Shown: positions 14,221 through 28,022, numbered from the stretch's first letter. The stretch: DNA of 64,000 nucleotides from Eledone cirrhosa (GCA_964016885.1 OZ024742.1:315270001-315334000); one strand, 5' to 3'. Translations and numbers: made by a program. The notes: a model not told the origin generated them from the sequence alone.

Positions 14221-15070
14221 GAAGCTGTATACATAATAAAATCGTTAAAATCAAACGTGATATCAACAATTTCAGCTGCAAAAATATTTTTGAAATGTGC
14301 TACTCACAACTATTAGGAGTGGAGCAGCGACAACAGAAGGGAAATCCTGCCGACGTCGACTTTTCCTTTCCTTATTATGAGGTTAATAAAATATAGTACC
14401 AACCAAATACTGTTGGGGATTATATGTACCATTCTCTGCCCTCAAGTTTGTGGCAATGACCCTCTATTATAAATTACTAATATTACAATTACTGGAGATG
14501 GTGACTCGGCAGAGTCATGGGAACTTCGGGTGGAATGCTTTGGGGTATTCGTTCTGGCTCTCTGCACTTTGAATTTAAATCCCGCCAAAGTCAGCTTTGC
14601 CTTTCATCCTTTCGAGGTCAATAAAAAAAGTACCAGCCTAGTACTTTGGTCGATTCTTCCTCTATATCTCTTTCTCACTTCCTCTCTCTCCCTTTCTCTG
14701 GAAGAAATCGGCTGTGCTCAGACCCGGTGAGGAGATGGGCTCCGCCGGGCTTAAACTGCTACCACAGCTCCCCTACGACTCAATCAGGAGTTACGCGTAC
14801 ATATATACCAAATACTGGGCTCGATGTAATCGATTATAATTTCCCCTCTTCCAGAATGTGTGGCATAATGCCTACGGGAGATTGACACAATCGTTAAAAG
14901 GTCAGGTAAAATATTTTCGCCTTATTTACTTGCGGCCCTTTCCATTCCGAGTTCCGATCCCGCCAAACTCAGCTTTGCCTTTCATACTTCCGCGGTCCAT
15001 AAAGTAAGTGGCAGTCGATCTAATAGACTGTTCTCCCTAAATAAAACATGGTCCTATGCCTATGTTAGAA

Positions 15071-15106
<36 letters not shown>

Positions 15107-15395
15107 GGTGGTGGTGGTGGTGGTGGTGGTGGTGGTATTGGTGGTGGTAGTAGTAGTGGTGGTGGGGTAGTAGTAGTAGTAGTAGTGGTGGTGGTGGTGG
15201 TGGTGGTGGTGGTGGTGGTGGTGGTGGTGGTGATAGTAGTGGTAGTAGTAGTAGTGGTGGTGATGGTGCTGGTAGTAGTAGTAGTAGTAGTGGTGGGGGG
15301 GGGGGTAGTAATGTAGTAGTAGTAGTAGTAGTAGTAATAGTAGTAGTAGTAGTAGTAGTAGTGGGGGGTAGTAATAGTAGTAGCAGTAGTAGTAA
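15071..15395. repeat. compound (TAG)n/(TGG)n trinucleotide microsatellite
   Basis: Direct reading; follows a SINE 3' end. Confidence 0.95.
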
Positions 15396-15859
15396 GGGAG
15401 ATGGTAGGATGTAGAATGCATACATTGAGAAATTGATAACGATGATTAATTACCAAAGCAGTGTTAGGGGTTGAGGCTACATTTGTAATAAGAACAGCAC
15501 GACAGCATGTGTTACTTACGATATAACAATATCAGTGTGTGCTGTAGTAACTACAGTCATAGGTGTCTGTTTAGTAGCTACAATAGTTATAGTTACAATG
15601 TAATAAACATCGTTAGTAAAAAGTTGATATGTGTACGTTATAGTAAGTGAAGTAGCAACAGTTGTGATTTAGAAAACACCGTTAGAAAATCATTGGTATA
15701 TGTACGTTGTAGTAGCTACAGCAACTACAAATGTGAAAATTTGATGCAGTAAATATCGTTACTAAATTATTGGTATGTGTGTGTTGTTGTAGTGCTTAAA
15801 TCAACTACTGTTGTGATGCAGTAAATATCAGACTAAAGTTGTTGTATGTGTTATATAGT

Positions 15860-17112
15860 AAATATCGTTACTAAACTGTTGTTATGTATGTGATGTATTA
15901 GCTATAGTTATGATGTAGTAGCTACCGTTACTAAACTGTTGTTATGTATGTGATGTATTAGCTATAGTTATGATGTAGTAGCTACCGTTACTAAACTCTC
16001 GGTATATATATGATGTAGCAGCGACAGTTGTGATGTAGTAAATACGGTTACTAGACTGTTGTTATATATGTGATGTAGTAGCTATAGTTGTGATGTAGTA
16101 AATACCATTGCTAAACTGTTAGTATGTGTGTGCTGTAGTAACTACAGACATGATCTAGTAACTACAGTTGTGATGTAGTAAATATCAATGTTATACTGTT
16201 GGTATATGTGTGATGTAGTAATTACAGTTGTAATGTAGTAGCTTCAGTTGTGATATAGTAACTACAGACGTGAAGTAGTAGCTACAGTTGCGATATAGTA
16301 ACTACAGACATGAAGTAGTAGCTACAGTTGTGATGTAGTAACTACAGACGTGATGTAGTAGCTACAGTTGTGATATAGTAACTACAGACGTGAAGTAGTA
16401 GCTACAGTTGTGATTTAGTAACTACAGACATGAAGTAGTAGCTACAGTTGTGATGTAGTAACTACAGACGTGATGTAGTAGCTACTGTTGTGATATAATA
16501 ACTACAGACGTGAAGTAGTAGCTACAGTTGTGATATAGTAACTACAGACGTGAAGTAGTAGCTACAGTTGTGATCTAGTAACTACAGACGTGAAGTAGTA
16601 GCTACAGTTGTGATCTAGTAACTACAGACGTGATGTAGTAGCTACTGTTGTGATCTAGTAACTACAGACGTGAAGTAGTAGCTACAGTTGTGATCTAGTA
16701 ACTACAGACGTGAAGTAGTAGCTACAGTTGTGATCTAGTAACTACAGACGTGATGTAGTAGCTACAGTTGTGATTTAGTAACTACAGACGTGAAGTAGTA
16801 GCTACTGTTGTGATATAATAACTACAGACGTGATGTAGTAGCTACAGTTGTGATGTAGTAACTACAGACGTGATGTAGTAGCTACAGTTGTGATATAGTA
16901 ACTACAGACGTGAAGTAGTAGCTACAGTTGTGATCTAGTAACTACAGACGTGAAGTAGTAGCTACAGTTGTGATCTAGTAACTACAGACGTGAAGTAGTA
17001 GCTACAGTTGTGATATAGTAACTACAGACATGAAGTAGTAGCTACAGTTGTGATCTAGTAACTACAGACGTGAAGTAGTAGCTACAGTTGTGATCTAGTA
17101 AACATCATTACT
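15860..17112. repeat. 20-bp minisatellite with 40-bp higher-order unit
   Basis: (gctacagttgtgatHtagta actacagacgtgaWgtagta)n, homogeneous 16260-17100, degenerating leftwards. Confidence 0.95.
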
Positions 17113-17619
17113 AAAATCTTGTTATATGTGTAATGCAGCAACAACAGTAGCAGCTATTATGATGTAGTTAATGTTGAAGTTATAGTCCTTCCCCTTTTCA
17201 ATTGTTCCTGTGGATATTACTAAGTAAATTAAAGCTATCATAGTGACCAGGATCATACATGATCATTAAAGTACCAGTAATGCACTGGGTAATTTCTGGC
17301 CTTGTGCCAAAAGCAGAAACAATTATTATCAGGATAATTATCTTTTTATTAATTTTCATTATTAATATTATTATCGTCATCCTCATGATGATCATCTTAT
17401 CACTATCGTCATTATTTCACTATAACCGTCATATTACCATCATCATCATCATCATCACTATCTTCTTCACGACACGACCGTCATCATCCTTTCCATCGTC
17501 CTCACCATCATTAACATCCCCAACATCATCATGATTATCGTCATTATCAACAGCATTATTATTACCATCATTATCATCATCATTATCATCATCATTATCA
17601 ACGGAATTATTATCACTTG

Positions 17620-17762
17620 GATTGGCAGTATCGGTAGACGGTCGGACACCAAGCATCGAGTTACGGCTCTTGCCTTTCATCCTTACGGGGTCAATTAAAT
17701 AAAGTACAAGTAATACACTGACATAATTGCTGGCCTTTTGCTAAAAGTAGAAACAATTATTA
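17620..17762 (+). mobile_element. internally deleted dominant tRNA-SINE
   Basis: ggattggcagtatcggtag..ttgcctttcatccttacgggg..agaaacaattatt. Confidence 0.8.
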
Positions 17763-19960
17763 TCAACACTATCACCTCCATCATCATTATCACCAACATC
17801 ACTATCATCACTATCACCTCCATCATCACTATCATCACTATCACCTGCATCACCACTATCACCAACATCACTATCATCACTATCATCTCTATCATCATCA
17901 TCACTATCACCTCCATCACCATTATCACCATCATCACTATCATCACTATCACCTCCATCACCATTATCACCAACATCACTATCATCACTATCACCTCCAT
18001 CACCATTATCACCATCATCACTATCATCACTATCACCTCCATCATCACTATCATCACTATCACCTCCATCACCATTATCACCAACATCACTATCATCACT
18101 ATCATCTCCATCATCATTATCACCAACATCACTATCATCACTATCACCTCCATCACCATTATCACCAACATCACTATCATCACTATCACCTCCATCATCA
18201 TTATCACCAACATCACTATCATCACTATCACCTCCATCACCATTATCACCAACATCACTATCATCACTATCACCTCCATCACCATTATCACCAACATCAC
18301 TATCATCACTATCACCTCCATCATCACTATCATCACTATCACCTCCATCACCATTATCACCAACATCACTATCATCACTATCATCTCCATCATCATTATC
18401 ACCAACATCACTATCATCACTATCACCTCCATCACCATTATCACCAACATCACTATCATCACTATCACCTCCATCATCATTATCACCAACATCACTATCA
18501 TCACTATCACCTCCATCACCATTATCACCAACATCACTATCATCACTATCACCTCCATCACCATTATCACCAACATCACTATCATCACTATCACCTCCAT
18601 CATCACTATCATCACTATCACCTCCATCACCATTATCACCAACATCACTATCATCACTATCACCTCCATCACCATTATCACCATCATCACTATCATCACT
18701 ATCACCTGCATCAGCATTATCACCAACATCACTATCATCACTATCATCTCCATCACCATTATCACCATCATCACTATCATCACTATCACCTCCATCACCA
18801 TTATCACCATCATCACTATCATCACTATCACCTCCATCACCATTATCACCAACATCACTATCATCACTATCACCTCCATCACCATTATCACCAACATCAC
18901 TATCATCACTATCACCTCCATCATCATTGTCACCAACATCACTATCATCACTATCATCTCCATCACCATTATCACCATCATCACTATCATCACTATCATC
19001 TCCATCATCATTGTCACCAACATCACTATCATCACTATCATCTCCATCACCATTATCACCAACATCACTATCATCACTATCACCTCCATCATCATTATCA
19101 TCACTATCATCTCCATCACCATTATCACCAACATCACTATCATCACTATCACCTCCATCACCATTATCACCATCATCACTATCATCACTATCACCTCCAT
19201 CATCATTATCATCACTATCACCTCCATCACCATTATCACCAACATCACTATCATCACTATCACCTCCATCACCATTATCACCAACATCACTATCATCACT
19301 ATCACCTCCATCATCATTATCATCACTATCATCTCCATCACCATTATCACCATCATCACTATCATCACTATCACCTCCATCATCATTATCATCACTATCA
19401 TCTCCATCACCATTATCACCATCATCACTATCATCACTATCACCTCCATCATCATTATCATCACTATCACCTCCATCACCATTATCACCATCATCATTAT
19501 CATCACTATCACCTCCATCACCATTATCACCATCATCATTATCATCACTATCATCTCCATCACCATTATCACCAACATCACTATCATCACTATCACCTCC
19601 ATCACCATTATCACCAACATCACTATCATCACTATCACCTCCATCATCATTATCATCACTATCACCTCCATCACCATTATCACCAACATCACTATCATCA
19701 CTATCACCTCCATCACCATTATCACCAACATCACTATCATCACTATCACCTCCATCACCATTATCACCATCATCACTATCATCACTATCACCTCCATCAC
19801 CATTATCACCATCATCACTATCATCACTATCACCTCCATCACCATTATCACCAACATCACTATCATCACTATCACCTCCATCATCACTATCATCACTATC
19901 ACCTCCATCACCATTATCACCATCATCACTATCATCACTATCATCTCCATCATCATTGTC
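17760..19960. repeat. ATC-based minisatellite (30/21-bp higher-order units)
   Basis: (atcacctccatcaccattatcaccaacatcactatcatcact)-type units; explains the 760/756/377-aa low-complexity ORFs. Confidence 0.97.
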
Positions 19961-20082
19961 AATATCATCTCAACCACTTCAAAGACAGAATCATCATCCC
20001 AAAACTAACCCAAGTCATCATAAGAAAAAATATAAAAAAGACAATGTGATTCACTTGTAGCAGGTTATTAAGATAATACAGA

Positions 20083-20245
20083 CGGTAGAGGGTCGGGCGC
20101 CATGCTTTGACGCATTGAGTTACGGCCCTTGCCATTCTGAGTTCAAATCCCGCCGAGGGTAACTTTGCCTTTCATCCTTACGGGGGTCGATAAAATAATA
20201 CACTGGGTAATTGCTGGCCTTGTGCCAAAAGTAGAAACAATTATG
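20083..20245 (+). mobile_element. dominant tRNA-SINE copy
   Basis: ctgagttcaaatcccgccgagggtaactttgcctttcatcc. Confidence 0.85.
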
Positions 20246-20499
20246 ATAATACAGACGATGATTAACGATGGTGATAATTATAATAAAGGTGATGGCAATG
20301 GTGATGAGGATACATGAAAGGCGAGAGTAAAAACATTGACAGTAATGATGGTGGGGAGGATACCAATGTTAAGTATGAATGTTACATTGTTGGTGGTGAT
20401 GGTGTTGATGTTCATGGCGGGAATATTTGAGTGTGATGAAGATGTGAAGAAATTCATGAAATATGTTTATAGCATACAAATATATATATATATATAAAT

Positions 20500-20620
<121 letters not shown>

Positions 20621-20649
20621 AAAGAATAGAGGTGTAACACACAAGTTAT

Positions 20650-21050
20650 TATATATTGGTAAACGGAATAGAAAATGCTGACAAATTGTTCACAGTTGAA
20701 AAATGGTTTAATTAGGAATAAAAGAGTATTAGTGATTGTATGGGTTAGTATTCAGTTGTGGTTTTAAGTTTTTAAGTTTTTACCGGTTGCGCATTTCTAA
20801 ATGCTTTTCAAAAATAATTTTGAGATAGAGTGTCCGTGCTGTTTGCAGATCAGAGCAAACAGCACGGACACTCTATCTCAAAATTATTTTTGAAAAGCAT
20901 TTAGAAATGCGCAACCGGTAAAAACTTAAAAACTTAAAACCACAACTGAATACTAACCCATACAATCACTAATACTCTTTTATTCCTAATTAAACCATTT
21001 TTCAACTGTGAACAATTTGTCAGCATTTTCTATTCCGTTTACCAATATAT
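20650..21050. mobile_element. palindromic PLE 3' remnant (about 195-bp arms) in (TA)n
   Basis: Near-perfect inverted repeat centred near 20850; the right arm translates to [18 protein letters not shown], resembling GIY-YIG and C-terminal PLE motifs. Confidence 0.6.
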
Positions 21051-21407
21051 ATATATATATATATTTATTTATATATAAACAATTAAGTGAATTCAGTGAA
21101 ACTACACAGTGAAACTACACAGTGAAACTACACACTGATTGGTCGAAACTACCTTTTATACATTTTATACAGAGAAAAGTGGCTCCAGAATGCAAAGCCC
21201 TGTAAACTGTATTTCGACCAATCAGTGTGTAGTTTCACTGAATTCAGTGAAACTACACAGTGAAACTACACACTGATTGGTCGAAATACAGTTTACAGGG
21301 CTTTGCATTCTGGAGCCACTTTTCTCTGTATAAAATGTATAAAAGGTAGGAAATTTACCCATCTCATTACAGTTGAAAATTGCAAACTCGACTGTCACCA
21401 CATATCA

Positions 21408-21446
21408 TGAACCTGAAGATGGCGAAAGCATGAAAGTACTTGTTCA
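21408..21446 (+). ncRNA. minimal type I hammerhead ribozyme
   Basis: tgaac-CTGAAGA-tggc(gaaa)gcat-GAAA-gtac-TT-gttca; palindromic stem III (AAGTACTT); lies at the end of an inverted-duplication element 21085-21510. Confidence 0.75.
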
Positions 21447-22052
21447 ATTAACACTTAGAATTTAATATTCTATCATACTATTTCATTATAATACCATTAT
21501 ATTATATATATATTTTAAAGGATTGTAAATAAAACGAGTAAATCAGACAAAGTTGGAATTCCTCTTATTAATACAATTTTCTATACACAATCATACACAC
21601 CCGTGTATATTTACCTATCTATATCTATATATATATATATATATTAGGTATAGGATTATCCTAGATGCAGTAATGGTTAATTACTACACTGGATAGGGTT
21701 GACGTACGGTGAGAGGTTACTCAACGAGTTATGGAAGAATTGTTGAAGAAACTTAGTTCCTGATCCTTCTGTATTCCGGAGTGTAGATAAAGAATGAATA
21801 ATAACAGGTAGACATCATAAAAAGGTAATTTATTCTGTGTGCTTACAAATGTTTTCACGGTGTTTATACAGCCTAGTTATGCTATGTGCAAGATTTTGAT
21901 TAAGATATCTACAAACCACTCTCTCCCATTTCTCCAACCCCTGCACATCTTTCTCTTTCTCTTCCTTTCCCCTCTTTTCTCTCTCCCTTTTCTACTCTAT
22001 CTTCCCCAATAACCTCACTTAAGGGTATTTACATTGTACATTTTAACCATTC

Positions 22053-22164
22053 TGCTCTGATGATACAGTGGTCAGAGCATTTGATAAATGAGTTTTGCAA
22101 ATAGTTATAAATTTGCACATAGCATAACTAGGCTGTATAAACACCGTGGAAACATTTGTAAGCA
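22053..22164 (+). ncRNA. type I hammerhead ribozyme with long loop II
   Basis: tgct-CTGATGA-tacagtg[about 70 nt]caccgtg-GAAA-catttg-TA-agca; the 3' part is duplicated inverted at about 21797-21892. Confidence 0.65.
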
Positions 22165-22211
22165 CACAGAATAAATTACCTTTTTATGATGTCTACCTGT
22201 TATTATTCCTT

Positions 22212-22301
<90 letters not shown>

Positions 22302-22403
22302 GTGTGTACATAAATATGTATGTATGTATATATATATATATATATATAGTAACAAATTTAACGGGAACAAAACAGAGAGGCAGTACGAACAAAGGTTTAT
22401 TAG

Positions 22404-22473
22404 TTTCACGGTCTTGAGAGTGGGGTGGTGGTGGGGAACGACGTTTCGGGCATAAGCCCTTCTTCAGGTGAAA
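22404..22473 (-). ncRNA. hammerhead ribozyme with interrupted stem I
   Basis: Minus: tttcac-CTGAAGA-agggc(ttat)gccc-GAAA-cg-TC-gt[about 28 nt]gtgaaa. Confidence 0.65.
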
Positions 22474-23028
22474 AGTGTATGGGAAGAGAGTTCCAATGGT
22501 GTGAGGGGAGTGGTGGAGAGACATATAGAAAAAAGGGGGTGAGAGGAAACGGTACAAATGAAATTAAATATAAAGGCATGATAAAAATACTCATGAAGTA
22601 AAAAGGGGTGTGGGGCGTGTAGGGGTGGTGGCGGGTGGAGTGGGGAGAGGGAGACGGGGTGTCCGAGCGGGGAGGGCTGAAGGTGGTGTGTGTGTGTAGG
22701 TGTACGTGTATGTGTGTGTGTGTATGTGAAAGTAAGAGTTGGGGGAAGAACGGTGTTGCATGTTCAGGAAGAGGTGTGTGTGGGGTGGGGTGTAGGTCGG
22801 ATTGTGTGTGCGTGTGTGGATACAGGGGTGGGGGAGAGGATTCCGGAGGCTGAATGTGTAAATATGTTGTGGTACGCACGTGTGTGTGTGGTGTTTATGC
22901 GTGTTGTGGATGTAGGTGGCGTGTGGGGAAAAACATTTTTTGGGGTGTATGTCCGTGTGTGAGTCGTTAAGGTAATTCCGTAGACGGTGTGGTGGAATGC
23001 TGAGTAATATCCTTGGGATGTGGTGGAT

Positions 23029-23100
<72 letters not shown>

Positions 23101-23220
23101 CATACATATTTATGTACACACGTATATATATATACATATATATATATATAATCAAGGTTTAGCAAATAAGAAAAAGTTTTAAAATAAATGTTAAAAGATT
23201 CACTCTACCTCCTATGGTTG

Positions 23221-23304
23221 CCTTTACCGAACGGTTTCGAGTCTCAAAAATAAATGGATAGTCCTTACGGGCGTCCATTGAAAAGAAAGACTCTCGTCAG
23301 AAGG
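23221..23304 (-). ncRNA. type I hammerhead ribozyme with extended stem II
   Basis: Minus: cctt-CTGACGA-gagtct..aatgga..tccatt..agactc-GAAA-cc(gttc)gg-TA-aagg; all core positions canonical. Confidence 0.85.
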
Positions 23305-23564
23305 ATCCTTTCACTCGGAGAATATAAAATTCCCGAATTCGAATTAAGAACTGGCGCTATTCAAAATTGTTCCCGAGATGAGGATGAATGATGTCGAAGC
23401 AATTCTGTCCAGTGCCGTGTGCAAAGATAGAAGGCAGAGGCGGAAAGGTCAATCCACTACCACTAGAAATAGCAGCAGTCAAAACGACCAAATGTTATCT
23501 CGACCAGGGGCAGATTAATAATAATAAAGTATTAGGGATATATACTTTATTATATATATATATA

Positions 23565-24528
23565 TTAGAATTGGAGCTCTGAAATAGCAATATATATATG
23601 GATGTATATATAATGTATTTTGCAATACACTTTATGCTTAATTAAAAGCATTTTGAAGACCGTAAGCTATTGTTTTAAAGTAGTGACAAATTCACTCACT
23701 TTGATCTCAACAAACAGGGGAGATAAGCCGACAAGACTTGTTTCGCTTTGGTTGAAGCTTATCAAGATCAACTACCCCACCTGTTTACTGAGATCATTGA
23801 TGTTATATTCTTATAGAAATCTAGTAAATAATCAGGAGCTGATTATGCAGAGCGGTTGTTGGTCAGGCAGAAATTAAAAATTAGAATTGGAGCTCTGAAA
23901 TAGCAATATATATATGGATGTATATATAATGTATTTTGCAATACACTTTATGCTTAATTAAAAGCATTTTGAAGACTGTAAGCTATTGTTTTAAAGTAGT
24001 GACAAATTCACTCACTTGGATCTCAGCAAACAGGGGAGATAAGCCGACAAGACTTGTTTCGCTTTGGTTGAAGCTTATCAAGGCCAACTACCCCACCTGT
24101 TTACTGAGATCATTGATGTTATATTCTTATAGAAATCTAGTAAATAATCAGGAGCTGATTATGCAGAGCGGTTGTTGGTCAGGCAGAAATTAAAAATTAG
24201 AATTGGAGCTCTGAAATAGCAATATATATATGGATGTATATATAATGTATTTTGCAATACACTTTATGCTTAATTAAAAGCATTTTGAAGACCGTAAGCT
24301 ATTGTTTTAACGTAGTGACAAATTCACTCACTTTGATCTCAGCAAACAGGGGAGATTATATATACATCCATATATATATATTGCTATTTCAGAGCTTGTC
24401 GGCTTATCTCCCCTGTTTGCTGAGATCAAAGTGAGTGAATTTGTCACTACTTTAAAACAATAGCTTACGGTCTTCAAAATGCTTTTAATTAAGCATAAAG
24501 TGTATTGCAAAATACATTATATATACAT

Positions 24529-24535
<7 letters not shown>
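23565..24535 (-). mobile_element. retrozyme-like tandem array, 316-bp unit (2.5 copies plus inverted partial copies)
   Basis: Units start at 23565, 23881 and 24197; inverted segments 24357-24535; HHR on minus strand at 23727-23768 and 24043-24084; flanked by (TA)n. Confidence 0.85.
24043..24084 (-). ncRNA. type I hammerhead ribozyme, U3-A8 core variant
   Basis: Minus: gcc-TTGATAA-gctt(caacca)aagc-GAAA-caagtcttg-TC-ggc, with stem I extended over about 24019-24112. Confidence 0.8.
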
Positions 24536-24567
<32 letters not shown>

Positions 24568-24572
<5 letters not shown>

Positions 24573-24930
24573 ATACTTTGGGAGGGTCATGTTGCCAATA
24601 AGAAACGCACGCACCAGTTGCCTTCACTCCAATTTATTATAAATTAAAAAATTTTAAAAAAATTTTATGTTTTTAAATTTTTTCAAAAAGATTTTATAAA
24701 TTCCCGGTTGGTTTGTTCCACAACCGGACGGTTGTTCATATATTGTCAAAGTTCTTTCGTCACACATTCTGTGACCTCTTCAGTGACTGGGGATTCTTTT
24801 CTTTGTTTTGTGCCTCTTCTTTGTTCTGTCCTACGCCATCTTGCTTTTGTGTGTACTGTGTGCTTAGTTTGCGCATGTGTTGCATCCGGGTGTCTGTGTG
24901 TGTTTTTATTTCAACACACGTTTTCAGATA
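24568..24930 (-). mobile_element. PLE tail family X with HHR at 24745-24787
   Basis: Reverse complement of 1-270 including an identical HHR; between (TA)n tracts. Confidence 0.8.
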
Positions 24931-24959
24931 AAGAATCTTGCTAAACAAATTCAGAAACG

Positions 24960-24999
<40 letters not shown>

Positions 25000-25150
25000 A
25001 ATTGGAGATGTAAAAAGCACTTAGACCTTTACTCACCAGAGTACTCGATACTTGTAGTAGTAGAGTGGGTAATATGAAAAACAGCTGGTTCGGATCTAGC
25101 TGTTGAAACGTGCGGAACTCAGCCGTCGGGGTCCTGAATCTTTTCATATA
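25000..25150. mobile_element. PLE tail remnant family Y (half-HHR plus inversion)
   Basis: Shares gtagtagagtgggtaat and ctcagccgtcggggtc with 35135-35318 and 42223-42410. Confidence 0.6.
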
Positions 25151-26654
25151 TATATTATATTATATTATATATATATATAAGCTATTTACGTAATTATTTT
25201 ACCCTTATTTGTAATGTATGTATTTATTAATCCAGTAAAATATATCGAGGTTAAAACGTTAGGAAAATGTATGAATTTCCAAGCTTCAAATATGTTTAAC
25301 ATTTTCATAACAATATTTCTAATGAACTACACTGTATTTGAATTAATTAATGAAGAATTTAGAGGAACCTAGTTCATTTTTTTATTATTATTCTATTTTT
25401 AAGATGGTGTTTGTAACATAGTAAATGATTCTCTTTATTTAATAGGAGCACTAAAATGTTGGTCGTTTGTTCCATATGACTTTTGAACAGATTGCTATAC
25501 AAAGGGTTAATTGTAAGTACTGTTACAGAGTGTCAGGTAGCACACAATGAATTAACAAGTGGCGGAAAGATAACGATTAATATGAATAGTTTTGGGCAGG
25601 TTGGCATCAAAAGGGTTAGTTGTAAATACTATCACAGAAAACCAATGACTAGTTGAAAGTCACAGAGTGGCAGGTGGTGAAGAATAATTTGGTAGCAGAG
25701 AGATAATGATTGACAGATAAATATACTGACGGATTCCATGCCGTAAATCTGATCACTAACATACTGTATGAGACAGGTAAATGTCAAAAAATGATATATA
25801 AGGTAAACTGAAAAAATAGGAGCTGACAGGATGACAGTGAGCGAAAGGGATTATATGAGCACCAGAAATAGTATACAGCTAAGTAAAATAGAAAATAGCA
25901 TACAGCATATGTACAGAGTGAGTGAGAGAAAGAGAGAAAGACTTAATGAAAAGGTATTTATAAAAGACACACACGGAGAGAAAGACGTGATGATCGAAAA
26001 ACAGGAAAGATTGAAACAGGGGGGAAAACAAACGGTGATAAAAGACAAAGACTGAGACAGAGAATCCTATGAGGAGGGGGGGGGGCAAACTAAATTGGAA
26101 TCAGGGACAAAGATATAGAAATTGTCATTAAATTAGAATTGCCGAAAAAGAGAAAAAAATGGATGAGGAAGATAAGCTAAGAGACAAAGAAAACGTGTAT
26201 GTTAATGAGTTAGAATCAAAGTAGAGAACTGGAAAGGCAGAGAGATAAAAATACTGACAATGAGAAATGAAGGGGAAGGAACAAATTATATAGGAAAACA
26301 TTAAAAACAAACAATGATAGAGTGTGGCTGTTTAAGATAGGGAAAGAACAGAGTGATTAAGTAGAAGGTAAAATAGAGAAATATTGAGATAGGGGCAGAA
26401 ACAGGAGGAGAGAAAGTATATAGGTGAGCAAATGAGAGTCAAGATGATAGAAAGGAAAGAAAATAGTAAAATTGAGAATGCATAAGAGGGAACTAGAGAT
26501 ACGAGTACATATACCGAGCTGGAATTTTAGTAAAACAGAAATAGGTACGGAGAAATACCGATACAAACAAGTGCAAGGACTTAGTAACAAATGAAAACCG
26601 GTATACAGCATTGTAAAAATAAGAAATGCTCATACAAAATTACACACACACACA

Positions 26655-26759
<105 letters not shown>

Positions 26760-26847
26760 ACCTTAGGGGAAATGCAAAGCAGTAAAAAAAAAGGTACACG
26801 GTACCATAATTAAAAATACTATTTATTCAAAGCTGGGGTTGCTTTGG

Positions 26848-26889
26848 TCCCTACTCGGAGTTTCTCGTTACCGATCCTCAGTCAAGGGA
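26848..26889 (-). ncRNA. hammerhead-like motif (stem I imperfect)
   Basis: Minus: CTGAGGA-tcg(gtaa)cga-GAAA-ctccgag-TA; AATAAA downstream. Confidence 0.55.
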
Positions 26890-27639
26890 AGAGCGAGAAG
26901 TGCGTGAGTAAGTAAACGTGAAGAAAAGAGGAAAGGTGTGTGAAATAAATATAGGATGACTGACAAAAAGAGGCCAAATATCATAGAAAGAGAAAGGCTA
27001 TGTAATGAATAGTAAACTCACTGATACAGAGAAAGTAACAAGTAAACAGGTAGATTCCTATTAAGAGATTAGGAAAAGAGGAGACCCAAAAAGACATATA
27101 AGTTTGTCAGATATAAAAAAAGGAAGATTTACATTTCATTCTGAGGTCTAAAACCGTTATCGTCAAAAACAATATAATAATCAAATAAATCGATTTTAGT
27201 ATATTACATGTAATCTTTTATCGAAATCATAGCAGGATTTCGACTGAAAACCACGAAGCATCTAAGTACAAAGAAAGGAACGATAAAAGTTGAAAAAGTA
27301 AAACTAGTGTCTCGATAAATCAATACGTTTTCGTTTTGTCTTTCTTTCAATATATTTCTTTTCTTTCCAATCAATATTTCATAGGAAGAAAACTCGATAT
27401 ACATACTTGGATGCATTGAGAAACTAAAATGAAGATTTTTTTAGAAATAAAAGTAAAAATATATATATGAAGAACTTAAATGTTAGAAAACTAAATAAAA
27501 GTAAATAATCATATATACGAATAAAAAAAAAAGAATTCACCAAACAATTCACAGGCATGTTTGTATGGTTAAAAGGTTCGTGTGGCAAGATGTGGTTCGC
27601 AGCTCGAGAAGGTATTTACTACTATAACCTAGATATAAA

Positions 27640-27822
27640 ATAATTGTTTCTACTTTTTGGTACAATGCCAGCAATTACCCATTGCATTACTGGTACTTTA
27701 TTTTATCGACCCCGTAAAGGATGAAAGGCAAAGTTAACCTCGGTGGGATTTGAAGTCAGACTGTAAAGGGACGTAACTATGCTAGAAAGCATGGCGTTCA
27801 ACCCTCTACCGATACTGCCAAA
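27640..27822 (-). mobile_element. dominant tRNA-SINE copy
   Basis: Reverse complement of the SINE consensus. Confidence 0.85.
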
Positions 27823-27883
27823 TAGTATAAAATAATAGTAGACGAAAACTGTAGAATACTGCCATATATGCATATATATATGC

Positions 27884-28022
<139 letters not shown>

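Noticed and set aside
15037-15456. Homopolymer-rich ORFs, and the many IYIY/CVCV/THTH/ERER ORFs elsewhere
   Set aside because: Microsatellite translations.
16260-17100. CRISPR-like regular array
   Set aside because: No unique spacers; eukaryotic minisatellite.
17695-20060. 760-, 756- and 377-aa ORFs
   Set aside because: Stop-free translations of an ATC-based minisatellite; no domain content.
23620-24510. Repeated 85-aa ORF MQYTLCLIKS..
   Set aside because: Starts at TTG on the antisense strand of the retrozyme unit and is not preserved in the 319-bp subfamily.
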